Assembly (NCBI GenBank): GCA_963788195.1
Contig: CAWBGA010000011.1
Coordinates: 1-64,000, forward strand
Length of the DNA: 64,000 nt
Direction of reading: 5' to 3'
Origin: Nitrospirota bacterium
Lineage (GTDB): Bacteria; Nitrospirota; Nitrospiria; Nitrospirales; NS-4
In this document: positions 29,192-40,170 of the stretch, piece after piece
Numbering within the stretch: the stretch's first letter is position 1
Layout of the letters: each line of letters starts with the position of its first letter
The notes under the pieces: model-generated
What the model was told of the DNA's origin: nothing
What the model saw: only the letters and a program-made list of their open reading frames with translations
Databases searched by the model: none
Translations under genes and position numbers: made by a program

Positions 29192-29569
29192 TCACGCTGG
29201 CGCGGACCCGATGGGATAGTCCGCTGCGCGCCACGCCTTCATACCCCCAGCCATAGAGCTGACGTTTGTATATCCCATCCTGGCGAGGCTCTCGGCAGCT
29301 AGCGCCGAGCGAAAGCCGCCTCCGCAGTATAGAATGATCTCAGCGCCTTTTTGTGGAATTAGAGTTTCGATGTCCCTTTCCAAGATTCCACGGCCCACGT
29401 GAATGGCTCCTTGCGCATTGTCCTTGGCGAATTCGTGATCCTCCCGCACGTCAATGAAGTGAAACTGTTCTTTCGCATCAAGCTTTCTCTTCACGTCGCC
29501 AACTGACACTTCACGAACCTGTTCTTTTGCCTTTTCGACAAGCTTCAAAAATGCTGGATTGTGCTCCAT
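29192..29569 (-). CDS. Rhodanese-like sulfurtransferase
   Basis: IDVRE, YCGGGFRS. Confidence 0.9.
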   Translation of the reverse strand: MEHNPAFLKLVEKAKEQVREVSVGDVKRKLDAKEQFHFIDVREDHEFAKDNAQGAIHVGRGILERDIETLIPQKGAEIILYCGGGFRSALAAESLARMGYTNVSSMAGGMKAWRAADYPIGSAPA

Positions 29570-29639
29570 CGCTACGCTCCCAAGGCCCCTGACATCGGCG
29601 ACGGCCAAGCTTACTCGAACCCTATACTGAAACGCAAAA

Positions 29640-30090
29640 GGAGCCCGGCTGTGGGTGTAATGGCGGGGGCTAAAATCAATCTAGAGCAAATAAACTACCC
29701 CGGTGGCCCTAAATAATCATCGGCAGCGTCCTGGAGTCGGGGTGGCGGTAAAGATGGGGATGTATTGTCCGGGGTACCCCTTACCTTCACTTGCAAGGGG
29801 TCGAAATGACTCTAGAATGGGTGGGTGAATGGCGGGGCGCTCATGGAAGATACAACCAAAAGTACGGAGACAGTACCCCGGTGGCCTTAAATAATCATCA
29901 GGCCTTCGGGTCGAGCAAGCTCGGCTTGGCGGGCGGGTGCCACGGGAGAAAGAGCTCGTCAGGGGAAAAAGGAGGCTGTCCCGGCAGACTCCAGGGTAGG
30001 GCGGGTGAGATGGCGAGCTCGGGGCGGGCTGGGTGCAACGGGAGGAAGAGCTCGTCTTGGCGAGCTCGGGGCGGGCTGGGTGGAATGGTG
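29640..30090 (+). repeat. Dispersed modular intergenic repeat, copy 1
   Basis: Cores GGCCYTAAATAATCATC at 29705 and 29883; GTCTTGGC-loop hairpin 30048-30067; G-tracts. Confidence 0.85.
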
Positions 30091-30155
30091 AGTGTAATGA
30101 CTTGTCAACAAGGTAAAGCTTCAGGTAGACTGGGGCGCGTTTTCAGGAGGAGACT

Positions 30156-30518
30156 ATGGCGGACGCTGCAGCCCACACTCATACCATCACGATTACTCGA
30201 TACGGCATCGCAGAGGTGCTGAAATGGTGCGTTGACAAAAATCATAAACAGATACCCGGCACCGATACGCCGGGATTCGCCCACATGAAGAAAGAGCTGG
30301 AGACTCGGCCAGCTTCTTCGGATTACTTTGTGCTGGATCAATACTGGAGAAAGCCGATCACGATTGAGTTCACCGATGAAGAGATCCGTACGGTCGATCG
30401 GTGCCTATACGAAAATCCAAATCACGAAAGCAACCAGAACCCTCCCATTCGCTACCGCTTCTGGGTAGACTGTGCCAACGACAAAGCTTCCGATGGAAAG
30501 GCCAAGGAACACGCGTGA
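30156..30518 (+). CDS. Hypothetical protein
   Basis: AGGAGG RBS; intact ORF. Confidence 0.75.
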   Translation: MADAAAHTHTITITRYGIAEVLKWCVDKNHKQIPGTDTPGFAHMKKELETRPASSDYFVLDQYWRKPITIEFTDEEIRTVDRCLYENPNHESNQNPPIRYRFWVDCANDKASDGKAKEHA

Positions 30519-30872
30519 TCCTGTTAGGAGCTTTGCTCCTGTGTTTGTTCCCCTGGCTTTCGGCGGCAGCAACACCGGTTCCCAAACCCCCGCCGGCTCT
30601 CATGAATGGTGAGACTCTTTTCAATACCCATTGCGCCCGCTGTCATGGAGCTCGGGGCGCGCGGTACATCCGTCGGCCCATCATTTCTGGATAAAATCTA
30701 TGAGCCCAATCATCATGCCGATATCGCATTTTACCGTGCGCCGGAACTCGGAGTGCGCGCCCATCACTGGAAATTCGGCGACATGCCGAAGGTTCCCGGC
30801 GTGAGCCGAGATGATCTGACGCAGGTTATTGCTTATATCAGGTGGCTACAGAAGGAGGCCGGGGTTTTCTAG
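30515..30872 (+). CDS. Monoheme cytochrome c (frameshift about 30660)
   Basis: Signal peptide; CARCH; GP; distal Met in GDMP. Confidence 0.85.
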
Positions 30873-30883
30873 GCCGGCTTCGA

Positions 30884-31542
30884 GTGCTTTCCCCGCGAGT
30901 CATCCCTCCCCGCTCTGCCTTCACGACAAAAGAATGGGCCGTCGTGCAACGGCCACAGGACTCCTCTCCAGGTTCAACGCTTCTTGAATGGCTTGCGGTA
31001 TAATCGCGAACAGCGAAGGGAAACGCTTCGGTCTTTTCGGCGGGTGATCGCAACGCGAACCGCTCATTGCCTGGAAGCCGCGATCACGGCGGCCGCAATT
31101 CTTGAGCATCAGGGGTACCCTCCGCTCTTGCTGAGTCTGGAATCGGTCGATCTTCTTGATCACGTGTTATTCCTGTTTCAAGAGGACGGCAGATGGGGGA
31201 CCGTGGCGCGCTCCCGCGACGCGGGACTGCATGGCCGTAAACCGGTGTTTCGGTCACTGCGGGATCTGGTGATGAGCTATGCTGAACCCTATGTGGATTT
31301 TACCGGTCGCGCTTAAAGGTTACGGAGTCGGAAATCTTTACGAGCTTGGCAACTACGACTGGCGGTTTTCCCAAAAGAACGTGTGGAAAGTCGAACGCTA
31401 TTTACTCGCGCTGACACATAAAAAATATCGCATGGCCGAGCAGCATTATTCGACGGCCCTGCTCCGCTATCAGAAGTATCGCGCCAAACATCCTACCGGC
31501 CCGGTCAGGTACTATGACAGCAGACCGCTCTGGCTGGAATGA
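30884..31542 (+). CDS. Conserved hypothetical protein, possible transglutaminase-like fold (frameshifted)
   Basis: AHCLEAA, DHV, WGTVARS, LVMSY; start approximate. Confidence 0.6.
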
Positions 31543-32335
31543 TCATAGTAGCCTGCCCGCCTCTTCATCCAGAAGCCAAAGGACCCGACCTGCGCCCGGT
31601 TGAACGAGCTTGGCGGGATAGTGCTCCGCTGGCGCACTGCCCCGGAGCACTTCTTGCACAGCCTGCGCTTTGTCTGCTCCAGCGACCAGAAAGATCACCT
31701 GCCTGGCGTTATTGAAGACCGGGACCGTGAGGGTGAGCCGACGACAGGGAGGCTTGGGAGCGTCCAGGATCGAGACGACCCATCGGACGCGCTCGTGCAG
31801 CGCCGGGTTGTTCGGAAACAAGGAGGCCGTGTGGCCGTCAGGTCCCAGGCCGAGCAAGACCAGATCAAATCGGGGCAGCCCCTCATCCACGACGGCCGTA
31901 AGCTCGGTGGCATACAGGTCCGCGGCGGCACTGAGGTCTTCCATCTCACCTCTCATTCTGTGGACCTGTCCAGAAGCGATACCGTTAGGACGAAAGAGCG
32001 AGTCGCTGGCCAGACGATAGTTGCTGTCCGGATGATCAGGAGGGACTCCCCGCTCGTCTCCAAAGTAAAAGTCGATCTGCGACCAGTCCACCTGCGCGCG
32101 GTACGGTGCCGAGGCAAGCAGCGTGTAGAGAGCGCGAGGCGTGGTTCCGCCTGACAAGACCACGGTAGTCCTGCTATGCCCTCCCGCCCTGGAGTCATAT
32201 ACCGCCCGCCCCTCCCCGCCCCGAAGATCTTTCCGGCCGCGCTGTTAACGACAGCGCGACGAACCGCTTCGCCGCCTCCTCAGCCAGCGCCGTTGTATCC
32301 CTGAGAATTTTCACCTCGCACTCCAGATTGCACCT
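31543..32335 (-). CDS. pgl: 6-phosphogluconolactonase (5' part interrupted about 32165-32240)
   Basis: LSGGTTP, FGDER.VPPDHPDSNY, LGLGPDGHTASLFP; N-terminal EVKILRDTTALAEEAAKRF lies upstream. Confidence 0.9.
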
Positions 32336-32775
32336 CCATTTCACCCAGCCCACCCTGGCGCTGCCAAGACAGCGCCTTGGCCCCTGGCAGCTTGCTCGAC
32401 CCCAAGGCCTGATGATTATTTAAGGCCGCGGGGACAGTTTATCTGCTCTTAAATGATCTCTTCCCCCCGCACACCCCGGCCCCCGCCAAGGCCGGGTTGC
32501 TGTCCGTGGCCTGGAGTACTCGACCCGTTGCAAAGGAAGGCAACGGGTACCCCGGACAAACTCCTTTAGCCCCTGACGAGTTCATCTCTCCCATTACACC
32601 CAGCCCACCCCCGAACTCGCCAAGACGAGTTCGTCGCTCCCATGGGCCTGATGATTATTTAAGGCCGTGGGGGTAGTTTATCTCTCTTTGTTTGGGTTTC
32701 AGCCCGTCCGCCACCGCGTCGCCCGTTGCACCCAACCCACGCCCAAGCTCGCCAAGACACGCCTTTTCCCCTGGG
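32336..32775 (-). repeat. Dispersed modular intergenic repeat, copy 2 (inverted relative to copy 1)
   Basis: Cores 32406-32427 and 32645-32666; hairpins 32357-32376 and 32612-32633; 32520-32560 is the reverse complement of about 29766-29805. Confidence 0.85.
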
Positions 32776-32779
32776 TGGA

Positions 32780-33525
32780 TCAGGCGGTGCGCGACTGGTT
32801 GTTCCGGCTGCGGTCGGCCTCGGCCATGCCCACCGCGGTCAAGAGGGCGTCACATTCGGATTCGGGCAAGGTGACGCCAATTGCCGACGGCCAAGTTCCC
32901 CAGCTCGATGTGCATGATACGGATGCGAACCAGCCGCACGACCCGGAAGCCCAGCACCGAACACATCCGGCGGATCTGCCGATTGCGCCCTTCGGTCAAG
33001 ATAATGCGAAAGGACACGTCGTCGACCTTGATGGCCCGGCACGGAGCTGTGATCTTACCGAGGACAAGTACCCCGCGCTGCAGTCGATCCAGGAACGTCG
33101 CGGGGTATGAATGATTGACGGTCACAAGATACTCACGTTCGTGCCCGAACTCAGCGCGCAGAATTCGGTTCACGATATCGCCGTCGTTCGTCAGTAGGAT
33201 CAAGCCGGAGGAGTCTTTGTCAAGGCGTCCTATCGGGAAGATCCGCTCCGGGTAATCGATCGCCTGGACGATGTTTCCTGGTACGTCAAGTTCGGTGGTA
33301 CGAGATGACTCCTACAGGTTTGTGATAAGCCAAATAGACTGTTTCGGTGGCTCGCTCCAGAAGCCGACCATCAACGCTGACCACATCGTCATCCGCCACA
33401 TGGTCTCCGAGCACTGCTTTCCGACCATTCACTAAGACCCGCCCCTCTTCGATCAGGCGGTCCGCGGCCCGCCGCGAGCAATATCCCCGCTCCGTGAAGA
33501 ACTTATTGATACGCACTGACTTCAT
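32780..33525 (-). CDS. rRNA pseudouridine synthase, RluB/RluF/RsuA family (frameshifted)
   Basis: S4 domain RINKF..CSRRAAD; IFPIGRLDKDSSG; ILTEGRNRQIRRM. Confidence 0.9.
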
Positions 33526-33546
33526 TCCGTAGCTCACCTTGACAGG

Positions 33547-34999
33547 TCAATCAGACGCGGTTCGACAAGCGCCCGACTCAGCCGGCTCATCGTTGAGTTC
33601 TTCATGAACTCCACGCAGCGCTTGGGCTTCTCGTGCAGCCTCCTCACATAAATCCGGTGCCCGCTCGCGAATGAATTCGATCCACCGGTCGAGCTTAATA
33701 TAAAAGAAGTCATAGGCTTCCTGAGCAGCGCAAGTCCCGCGAAACCAGAATTCGACAAAGTCATCGTGACTGATTCCTCGATCCTTCAATGCGCCGCAAA
33801 TCTTTGGGAAGAGCTCTTCAAGGTCGCCTCCCCAGTGCAGCAGTTCGTTCGGGAGGTACTCTTCGATGTACTGTCCTAGTCCCTCGCGGTCCAGTTGCGC
33901 AGACAACGGTTCAAGCAGGCTCTCCTGCACAGCCTCTTGTCCCGTGAGCACCCGGGCATATGTTCCGTACAGAGCGCATAACTGTTCAGGGGGCGCCGGC
34001 ACCGTTGTGCGAAGCGCCCGAATCGTGGGCTCCGGATGGGTACCTCCTACAGACGCCGGCAGTTTAAAATCCTGTTGGAGGCGACCGAATTCTTCCACAA
34101 TCAAGGGGATGGCCTTAGTATCGACCTCGAGGGCGATGCCTTTTAGCGAGCTCAGTCCCGGATGATCCAACACGCGACGCAGCAGCTCCCAAAGAACACC
34201 TGGAACCGGCGCGCTGTGCGCATCAATCCAACAGGCTCTGGATCCGCACTGCGGCCATGTCGTCCGAGCCCAGGCCGGCCAAATGAATTTGGATCACGCG
34301 ATGCAGAGGGAACTCGTCCAGAAACGCGTCCGTAAAGGATTCGATGCTGTCAAAACGACTGTGCTCGCGATACCGCCATACCGTCCACAGATGTCCTATA
34401 TCGAGGACAAATCCGCACGGCGCCGCCTCGGCAATGTACGCAAAAAATGCGGCGGGCGACAAGTCCCCGAAAGCTACATAGGTGAGCGGCGGGAGCTCAA
34501 GCAGCAGCAGCGGAGCGTCGTCAAACCCTGGCCTGCCTGTGGATTGTTGCAAGACCTCCTGGCACGCCGCCGCATTCGCGGCCGTCGCTTCGGCAGCCGC
34601 AATCGTGAAGAGCGGCGGCAGATAGGTTCCAAACGAGTATCCTGCGAACTGTTTGCTGGCGCATTCATGATTCACCCACGCGGCACCGATGATCTGTGCA
34701 TGCCGCGCCATGCGGCGAGTTTGCTCAATCCACGGATAGCGCGTCCGCATTTCTGGATCGATGAGCCACACGCCTTCCGCATGATAGGCCATGGCGGCTT
34801 CTGGAAGGGCTCGACGAATACGAGCCAGCTCGGTGGACGGCGCCTTGAAGATTTCCAGATATTCTGGTGTGAGACCCGCGTGCCCCAGAACGCCGCACAG
34901 CTCCACCAGGTCAGGGCTGTAGACATCGACGGAAAGACCGATACCATGCACTGGAACGCGCGCGGCCCGGGCGTAAAACTGGCGATCCCGCTGTTGCAT
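33547..34999 (-). CDS. DUF692 / multinuclear non-heme iron oxidative enzyme family with C-terminal extension (frameshift about 34225)
   Basis: GIGL, YH, NHE, LLE, LDIGH, IHLAG, DAH..PVP..LWELL, LEVD. Confidence 0.75.
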
Positions 35000-35005
35000 G
35001 GATGA

Positions 35006-35336
35006 TTAGGTGAAGAGCAGCTCGCTGAACTCCGACATAAAACCGTAATACAGGGGCGCAAACACTTTCAGGCTCTCGGGACTCGTCTCCTTAAGCTTCT
35101 TGAAGAACGTCACCTGTTGGCGCGGATCCAGCTGCTCCAGGAGCTTTGACAGATTAGCCATGGAGTAACGCGCCTGAAGGAATGCTCAAAACGTAATGCA
35201 CCAAGCGTTCAGTGAACTGTTCAGCCACGTAGGGACTGCTGATGAGGCCCTCGGGGATTTTTCCCGAGGCCAACATTTCATGAAAAGGAATCGCTTGAGC
35301 TGCAAATGGAGTGGAGGCGAGATGCGAGTCCGACAT
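35006..35336 (-). CDS. Hypothetical protein (frameshift about 35165)
   Basis: Continues ..LLEQLDPRQQVTFFKKLKETSPESLKVFAPLYYGFMSEFSELLFT*; upstream TTGACT-N17-TAGATT. Confidence 0.65.
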
Positions 35337-35404
35337 GCTGTTTTTGGATTGGATCGAGAGGCCTCCTTCCGTAATCTACAAGAGGGGTCGTCTACAGTCA
35401 AGGA

Positions 35405-36383
35405 TTCAGTCGCGCCTTCACGTGCCGCAATAGCAGCCCCGATGACGCCGGCATTGCCGCCAAGGCCGGCAAGCGCAATACGGATAGGCGCGAGCTCAGT
35501 CGTATAGACGTATTCATTGGCGGCCGCTTCCACCAATTTCAAATACGGCTTGCCCAGCGATTCCGAGACACCTCCCCCGAGCACAAAAAGCTCGGGGCTG
35601 AGAATATTAAAGAGATTGGCGACCGCGATGCCGAGGTACCAGGCGGAATGTCGCACGGCCTTGATGGCTAGCTTGTCACCGCTGCTCAAAGGCCTTGGCA
35701 AGATCTGAGCTGTTCAGACGTTGGATATTTCCGCCGCGGCTCTTCTGCAAAGACGTTTTATGTCCTTCCTTTGTCCATTTTGCAAGAAGACGTTGGATAG
35801 CCGTTTTGCTCGCCTCTAATTCCAATGTGCCGCGGCGGGGGCGCTTTTCCCGAATCGTCGCATCGAGAATAATATGGCCTATCTCACCGGCATTGCGATT
35901 AGCGCCGATCACGACTTTGCCATCCACGATCACACACCCACCGATACCTGTGCCGACCCACAGGCCGATGACGCTCTGGGCGCGCTGGGCCGCACCGGCC
36001 TTGAACTCCCCGAAGCAGGCCATGTGCACATCATTATCGACCAGCACCGGCACCCGGTAAGCAGCCTTCAGAATAGAACCCAACGGGTAATTTTTGACGG
36101 CGAGATTGGCTGTCCGCAGGAGAACCCCTGCGGATGGATCCAAAGGACCAGGGGCGCCCACCCCGATAGCCTTGAGGGCAGATTCAGGAATTCCGGCCTC
36201 GGCTATCGCCTCCTTGGTGGTCGCCAAAAGCTCCTCGGTCAGCCGGGCATGGCCCGCCTTGAAGGGCGTCGGCCGTTTGCCATGGCCGATGACATTGTTT
36301 TTCGCATCCACGACAGCTGAGAGGATCTTCGTTCCTCCGATGTCGATGCCCAAAACCAGCGGTCCCTGATAGCCGTGCGCCAT
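35405..36383 (-). CDS. ROK-family glucokinase (frameshift about 35690; 3' end approximate)
   Basis: GIDIGGTKI, DNDV, GTGIGG, AGEIGH, LGGGV, AGVIGAA. Confidence 0.9.
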
Positions 36384-36520
36384 GCGGGTGTCCTTGAAAT
36401 CGAATGTGGCTCTGACGATAGCACAGCCAGTACGAGCCATCAAACCATTGGCATTCGCGTTATTCGTTGTGTAAAATGCCGCGGCCGTTGTCCCGGACAC
36501 AAAATTTCGATGGGAGAACT

Positions 36521-37429
36521 ATGGACGGTTGTGTATTGAAGGTGCTGCTGCTGGTTCTCGCTTTGCTCAGTCCTGCCGCCGCACATGCCGCGGACTCACC
36601 GATCGCGGCGGATAATGTGGTCCTGATCGTCGTGGACGGCTTCAGGCCTGACGCGATCAGGCAGGCAAAGCTTCCGAACATCCAGGGTTTCATCAAAAGC
36701 GGCTGCTCGACGATGAAAGCGCAAACCGTCGTGCCCAGTCTCACTCTCCCCGCTGTCACCTCCATGTTGACGGGGCTTCCGGTCGAGCAGCACGGCATCA
36801 CTTGGAATGAGTACGAACCGATGCGAGGCTTTCTCAAGGCCCCCACTGTCTTTGAAATCGCATCATTTGCTGTTGGAAAATTGGGGGCTGTGTTTCTCAA
36901 CAAGGAAAAGCTGCTGCACGTGGCAAAGCCCGACCGCGGGCTGCTGGTGCAGGTCTGCAGCGTCACTGATCCCGCATGTAACGCTCAGAAGATCGCAGGC
37001 GATGTGATTACGGCGTACAAGACATCGACCGAAGGAAAGCCATCCATGTTTCTCATCCATCTCGCTGATCCAGACTCGGCAGGTCATGAGAAAGGTTGGA
37101 TGAGCCGATCGTATCTGCAGGCGCTTGAATCCACCGACCGAGCGATCGGGACGATTGTGAAAGGCTTCCACGAGCTTGGTCTCTACAAGCGGACAGCTTT
37201 CATTATCACCTCCGACCACGGCGGCCACGATAAGACCCACGGGACCACAAGTCATGAGGACATGACGATTCCGTGGATCGCCGCCGGACCCGGCATCAAG
37301 AGCGGCTGCGAGATAAAAAGCGCCGTGTCTCTCATGGACACAGCGGCCACGGTCATGCGCGTGCTCGGCGTGAAGGAATATTATGTGGAATGGAGCAGTC
37401 GACCTATCGCGGAGATCTTTACGGACTGA
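36521..37429 (+). CDS. Exported alkaline phosphatase / nucleotide pyrophosphatase family protein
   Basis: VVDGFRPD, PSLTLP, DSAGH, TSDHGG. Confidence 0.88.
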   Translation: MDGCVLKVLLLVLALLSPAAAHAADSPIAADNVVLIVVDGFRPDAIRQAKLPNIQGFIKSGCSTMKAQTVVPSLTLPAVTSMLTGLPVEQHGITWNEYEPMRGFLKAPTVFEIASFAVGKLGAVFLNKEKLLHVAKPDRGLLVQVCSVTDPACNAQKIAGDVITAYKTSTEGKPSMFLIHLADPDSAGHEKGWMSRSYLQALESTDRAIGTIVKGFHELGLYKRTAFIITSDHGGHDKTHGTTSHEDMTIPWIAAGPGIKSGCEIKSAVSLMDTAATVMRVLGVKEYYVEWSSRPIAEIFTD

Positions 37430-37443
37430 TGCAGCGGAAGGAT

Positions 37444-38337
37444 TTAGTCGATGATGAACTTGAGAGGGTCCATGCCGGCGCCGCGATGTTCGACTTCATA
37501 ATGGAGATGCGGACCGGTAGACAGACCGGTGCTACCAACCCAGCCGATCACATCACCACGTTTGACCGTTTGCCCGTCCTTCACCTTCAACTTCGCCAGA
37601 TGACCGTAGGTCGTTTTGATGCCGTATCCGTGGGACACAATGATGGCATTTCCGAGCCCCGCTTCAAACTGAGCGAGGACCACAGTGCCGGCAGCGGAGG
37701 CTATAACCGGTGTGTGCATCGGGGCTGAGATATCGATGCCGCCGTGCATCGTGTCCCTGCCGGTAAATGGAGAGATCCTGCGACCAAACCTCGAGGAAAT
37801 CCAGCCGTGAACAGGCCAGATCGAAGGCGTGGCGGCCCACTGGGCCCGCCGGGTGTCGACAATCCCGGATAATTCCTGCATGTTCCGTTCTTGATCAACC
37901 GCCTCCAGACTGAGCCATGCAAGTTTCTCGAGTTGCCGGTCCTCCTCCTTGACAACTGCCTCGCCCTGCGGTGCAGACGAAGGGTCCGCGGCTTGCGATT
38001 CTTCTTTTCCGCCGAGTCCAGGGGGCAAGTGCCCGGATTTCGGGGGATCAAGACCCAACATCATACGGAGGCGGACATTGATTTCCTGCATCGACGAAAG
38101 CTTCTTATGAATATCCTCCATGCCGTTAGACAACGCCGTCGCCTGCGCGCGGTGTTCAATCGCTTCGGCCCGAAGGCTTTGCAACTCCCACAGCTCCGTA
38201 CTACGAATGACGTACTGTACAAGGAAGCCCAATTCCAGAACAGCAGCGACGAGGCTCGAAAGCAACAAGATCGTGACCGTCCGGCGCTTGATGGAAAAAC
38301 GCCGCGGCGCTGGAGCTGACGCTCGGGAAGACGACAA
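37444..38337 (-). CDS. M23 peptidase with coiled coil
   Basis: HGGID, YGHL, STGPHLHYEV. Confidence 0.92.
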   Translation of the reverse strand: MSSSRASAPAPRRFSIKRRTVTILLLSSLVAAVLELGFLVQYVIRSTELWELQSLRAEAIEHRAQATALSNGMEDIHKKLSSMQEINVRLRMMLGLDPPKSGHLPPGLGGKEESQAADPSSAPQGEAVVKEEDRQLEKLAWLSLEAVDQERNMQELSGIVDTRRAQWAATPSIWPVHGWISSRFGRRISPFTGRDTMHGGIDISAPMHTPVIASAAGTVVLAQFEAGLGNAIIVSHGYGIKTTYGHLAKLKVKDGQTVKRGDVIGWVGSTGLSTGPHLHYEVEHRGAGMDPLKFIID

Positions 38338-38463
38338 TATGATATTCGGGTTGGTTCATGGGGAGGATACCGTCATTAGGAAAGTTACTACAGTATCGGA
38401 CTTGATGTCAATAATGTTTAGGTGAAATACACTAACACATTGAGAAGTCTGATGATAAGAGGC

Positions 38464-38832
38464 TCATAAACTCGTAGACTCTTCGATCCATTGAATATAG
38501 CTTGCGGAGCCTTCGACAATAGGAAGGGCGATGATCTCCGGCACGCTGTAACTGTGCAGGGCCTTCACTCGGAGAGCCAGGGCGCCAAACCTTGACCGCC
38601 GGGTCTTCACAATCAAAAGAACCTCCTCCTCTTCGGAAACTTTGTTCTCCCACCAGAACAAAGAACGCACCTGCGGCACGATGTTGACACAGGCCGCCAG
38701 TCGGTCTTCAACCAGCTTACGCGCAATCTCATCCGCCTCCTCCCGCGACGCGCTGGTGATGAGCACGAGAAGAGCTTCTCCCCCGCTGCCGACGCCTGCT
38801 TGCTCTTTCGCTGGAAACTCGTTCGGCTCCAC
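38464..38832 (-). CDS. cutA: Divalent cation tolerance protein CutA
   Basis: RLAACVN, HSYSVPEI. Confidence 0.92.
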   Translation of the reverse strand: MEPNEFPAKEQAGVGSGGEALLVLITSASREEADEIARKLVEDRLAACVNIVPQVRSLFWWENKVSEEEEVLLIVKTRRSRFGALALRVKALHSYSVPEIIALPIVEGSASYIQWIEESTSL

Positions 38833-38914
38833 CTAATCCCCCACCTGTTTTTCACGCCGTTGACAGCCCGAAGAAAGCGGGCTTACTATGGTATGAGAAG
38901 GAGGCACGCTGGTT

Positions 38915-39235
38915 ATGGGCTTTACAATCACTGTCCAGGAATTAAAACAGAAATTGGATCGAAGCGAAACGCTGACTCTGATCGATGTCCGTGAGCCATG
39001 GGAGTATAACATCGCCAAGATCGACAGCTCTCAGCTTATTCCGCTCGGTAGTTTAGGGACAGAATACAAGAAGCTGGATCCGAACGCAGAGATCGTGGTC
39101 CTCTGCCACATGGGAATGCGCAGTATGGACGCCACGCAGTTTCTGCATCAGCAAGGTTTTAAGAATGTCAAGAACCTCACCGGCGGCATCAATGCCTGGT
39201 CCATGTTGATTGACCCATCGGTGCCGAAGTATTGA
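38915..39235 (+). CDS. Rhodanese-domain protein
   Basis: IDVREPWE, CHMGMRS, GGINAW. Confidence 0.9.
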   Translation: MGFTITVQELKQKLDRSETLTLIDVREPWEYNIAKIDSSQLIPLGSLGTEYKKLDPNAEIVVLCHMGMRSMDATQFLHQQGFKNVKNLTGGINAWSMLIDPSVPKY

Positions 39236-39239
39236 CTCC

Positions 39240-40170
39240 TTAAAGGGCCTCGGTTTTCTGGCGGTAATACTCTACCGTCCGCGCTAATCCGTCTTCGCAG
39301 CGAAACCTTGCTCTCCCAGTCAAATTCTCGATGAAGCCGGCTGGAATCCAGAGCAATCCGTAATTGTTCCCCTTTTTTTGCCGGTCCATGAACTTCCCGC
39401 ACTTTGGGGTTGATCATTTTCGCAAGTATGCGGAAAAGCTCGTTGACGCTTGTCTCCTGGCCTGTCCCAACGTTGTAGATCCCGCGGGCGGTTTTGGTGA
39501 GGGCTGCCAAGTTGGCCTCTACCACGTCATCAACGTTCACAAAATCGCGCGTCTGCCGTCCGTTGCCATTGATAATTGGCTGATCGCCGGTCAGCATCTT
39601 CTGCGTAAAGATGCCAACCACGCCTGCCTCGCCGTTTGGATCCTGGCGCGGGCCGTACACATTCGCATACCGAAGACTCACATACTGCAGGCCGGCCGAG
39701 CTCGAAAAATAGCGTAAGTACTCATCGCCTACCGCCTTAGTAATGCCGTAGGGGGAGGTCGGCTTGAGCGGATGCGATTCCGCAACCGGTATCTTTTCCG
39801 GTTCGCCGTAGACAGCTCCTCCTGAAGAGGCAAAAATCACTTTACGGACCCCATATTTCACAGAGTTTTGCAGGACGTTGAGCATGCCCAGGATGTTGAT
39901 CTCGGCATCAACCATGGGGTCAGTCACCGAGCGGCGAACATTGATCTGCGCGGCGTGGTGACTGACGAGCGCGGGTCGCTCACGGCGAAACACGCGCTCG
40001 AGCCAGCGCCCACGAATGTCGGCCTTGTAGAATCGCGCCCCTCGGTTCAGATTCTTGCGGCTCCCCGTAGACAAGTCATCGACGACGATCACCTCATAGC
40101 CTTCTAACAATAGACGATCAACGATATGCGATCCGATAAAACCGGCGCCCCCGGTCACGAGAATTTTCAT
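39240..40170 (-). CDS. NAD-dependent epimerase, UDP-glucose 4-epimerase-like (frameshift near C-terminus)
   Basis: TGGAGFIG, YGITK, RYANVYGPRQ; true tail EDGLARTVEYY lies in the alternate frame. Confidence 0.9.

Noticed and set aside
29640..30090. CRISPR array or XerCD dif site
   Set aside because: No regular repeat-spacer period or cas genes; the core lacks the XerD arm TTATGTTAAAT
29791..30222. 143-aa ORF, and similar ORFs at 32667-33110 and 48313-48513
   Set aside because: Translations of repeat DNA or antisense to real genes
33547..34999. DUF692 enzyme as modifier of the Cys-rich proteins at 5-6.5 kb
   Set aside because: About 28 kb apart with no linkage; even Cys counts and signal peptides suggest disulfides
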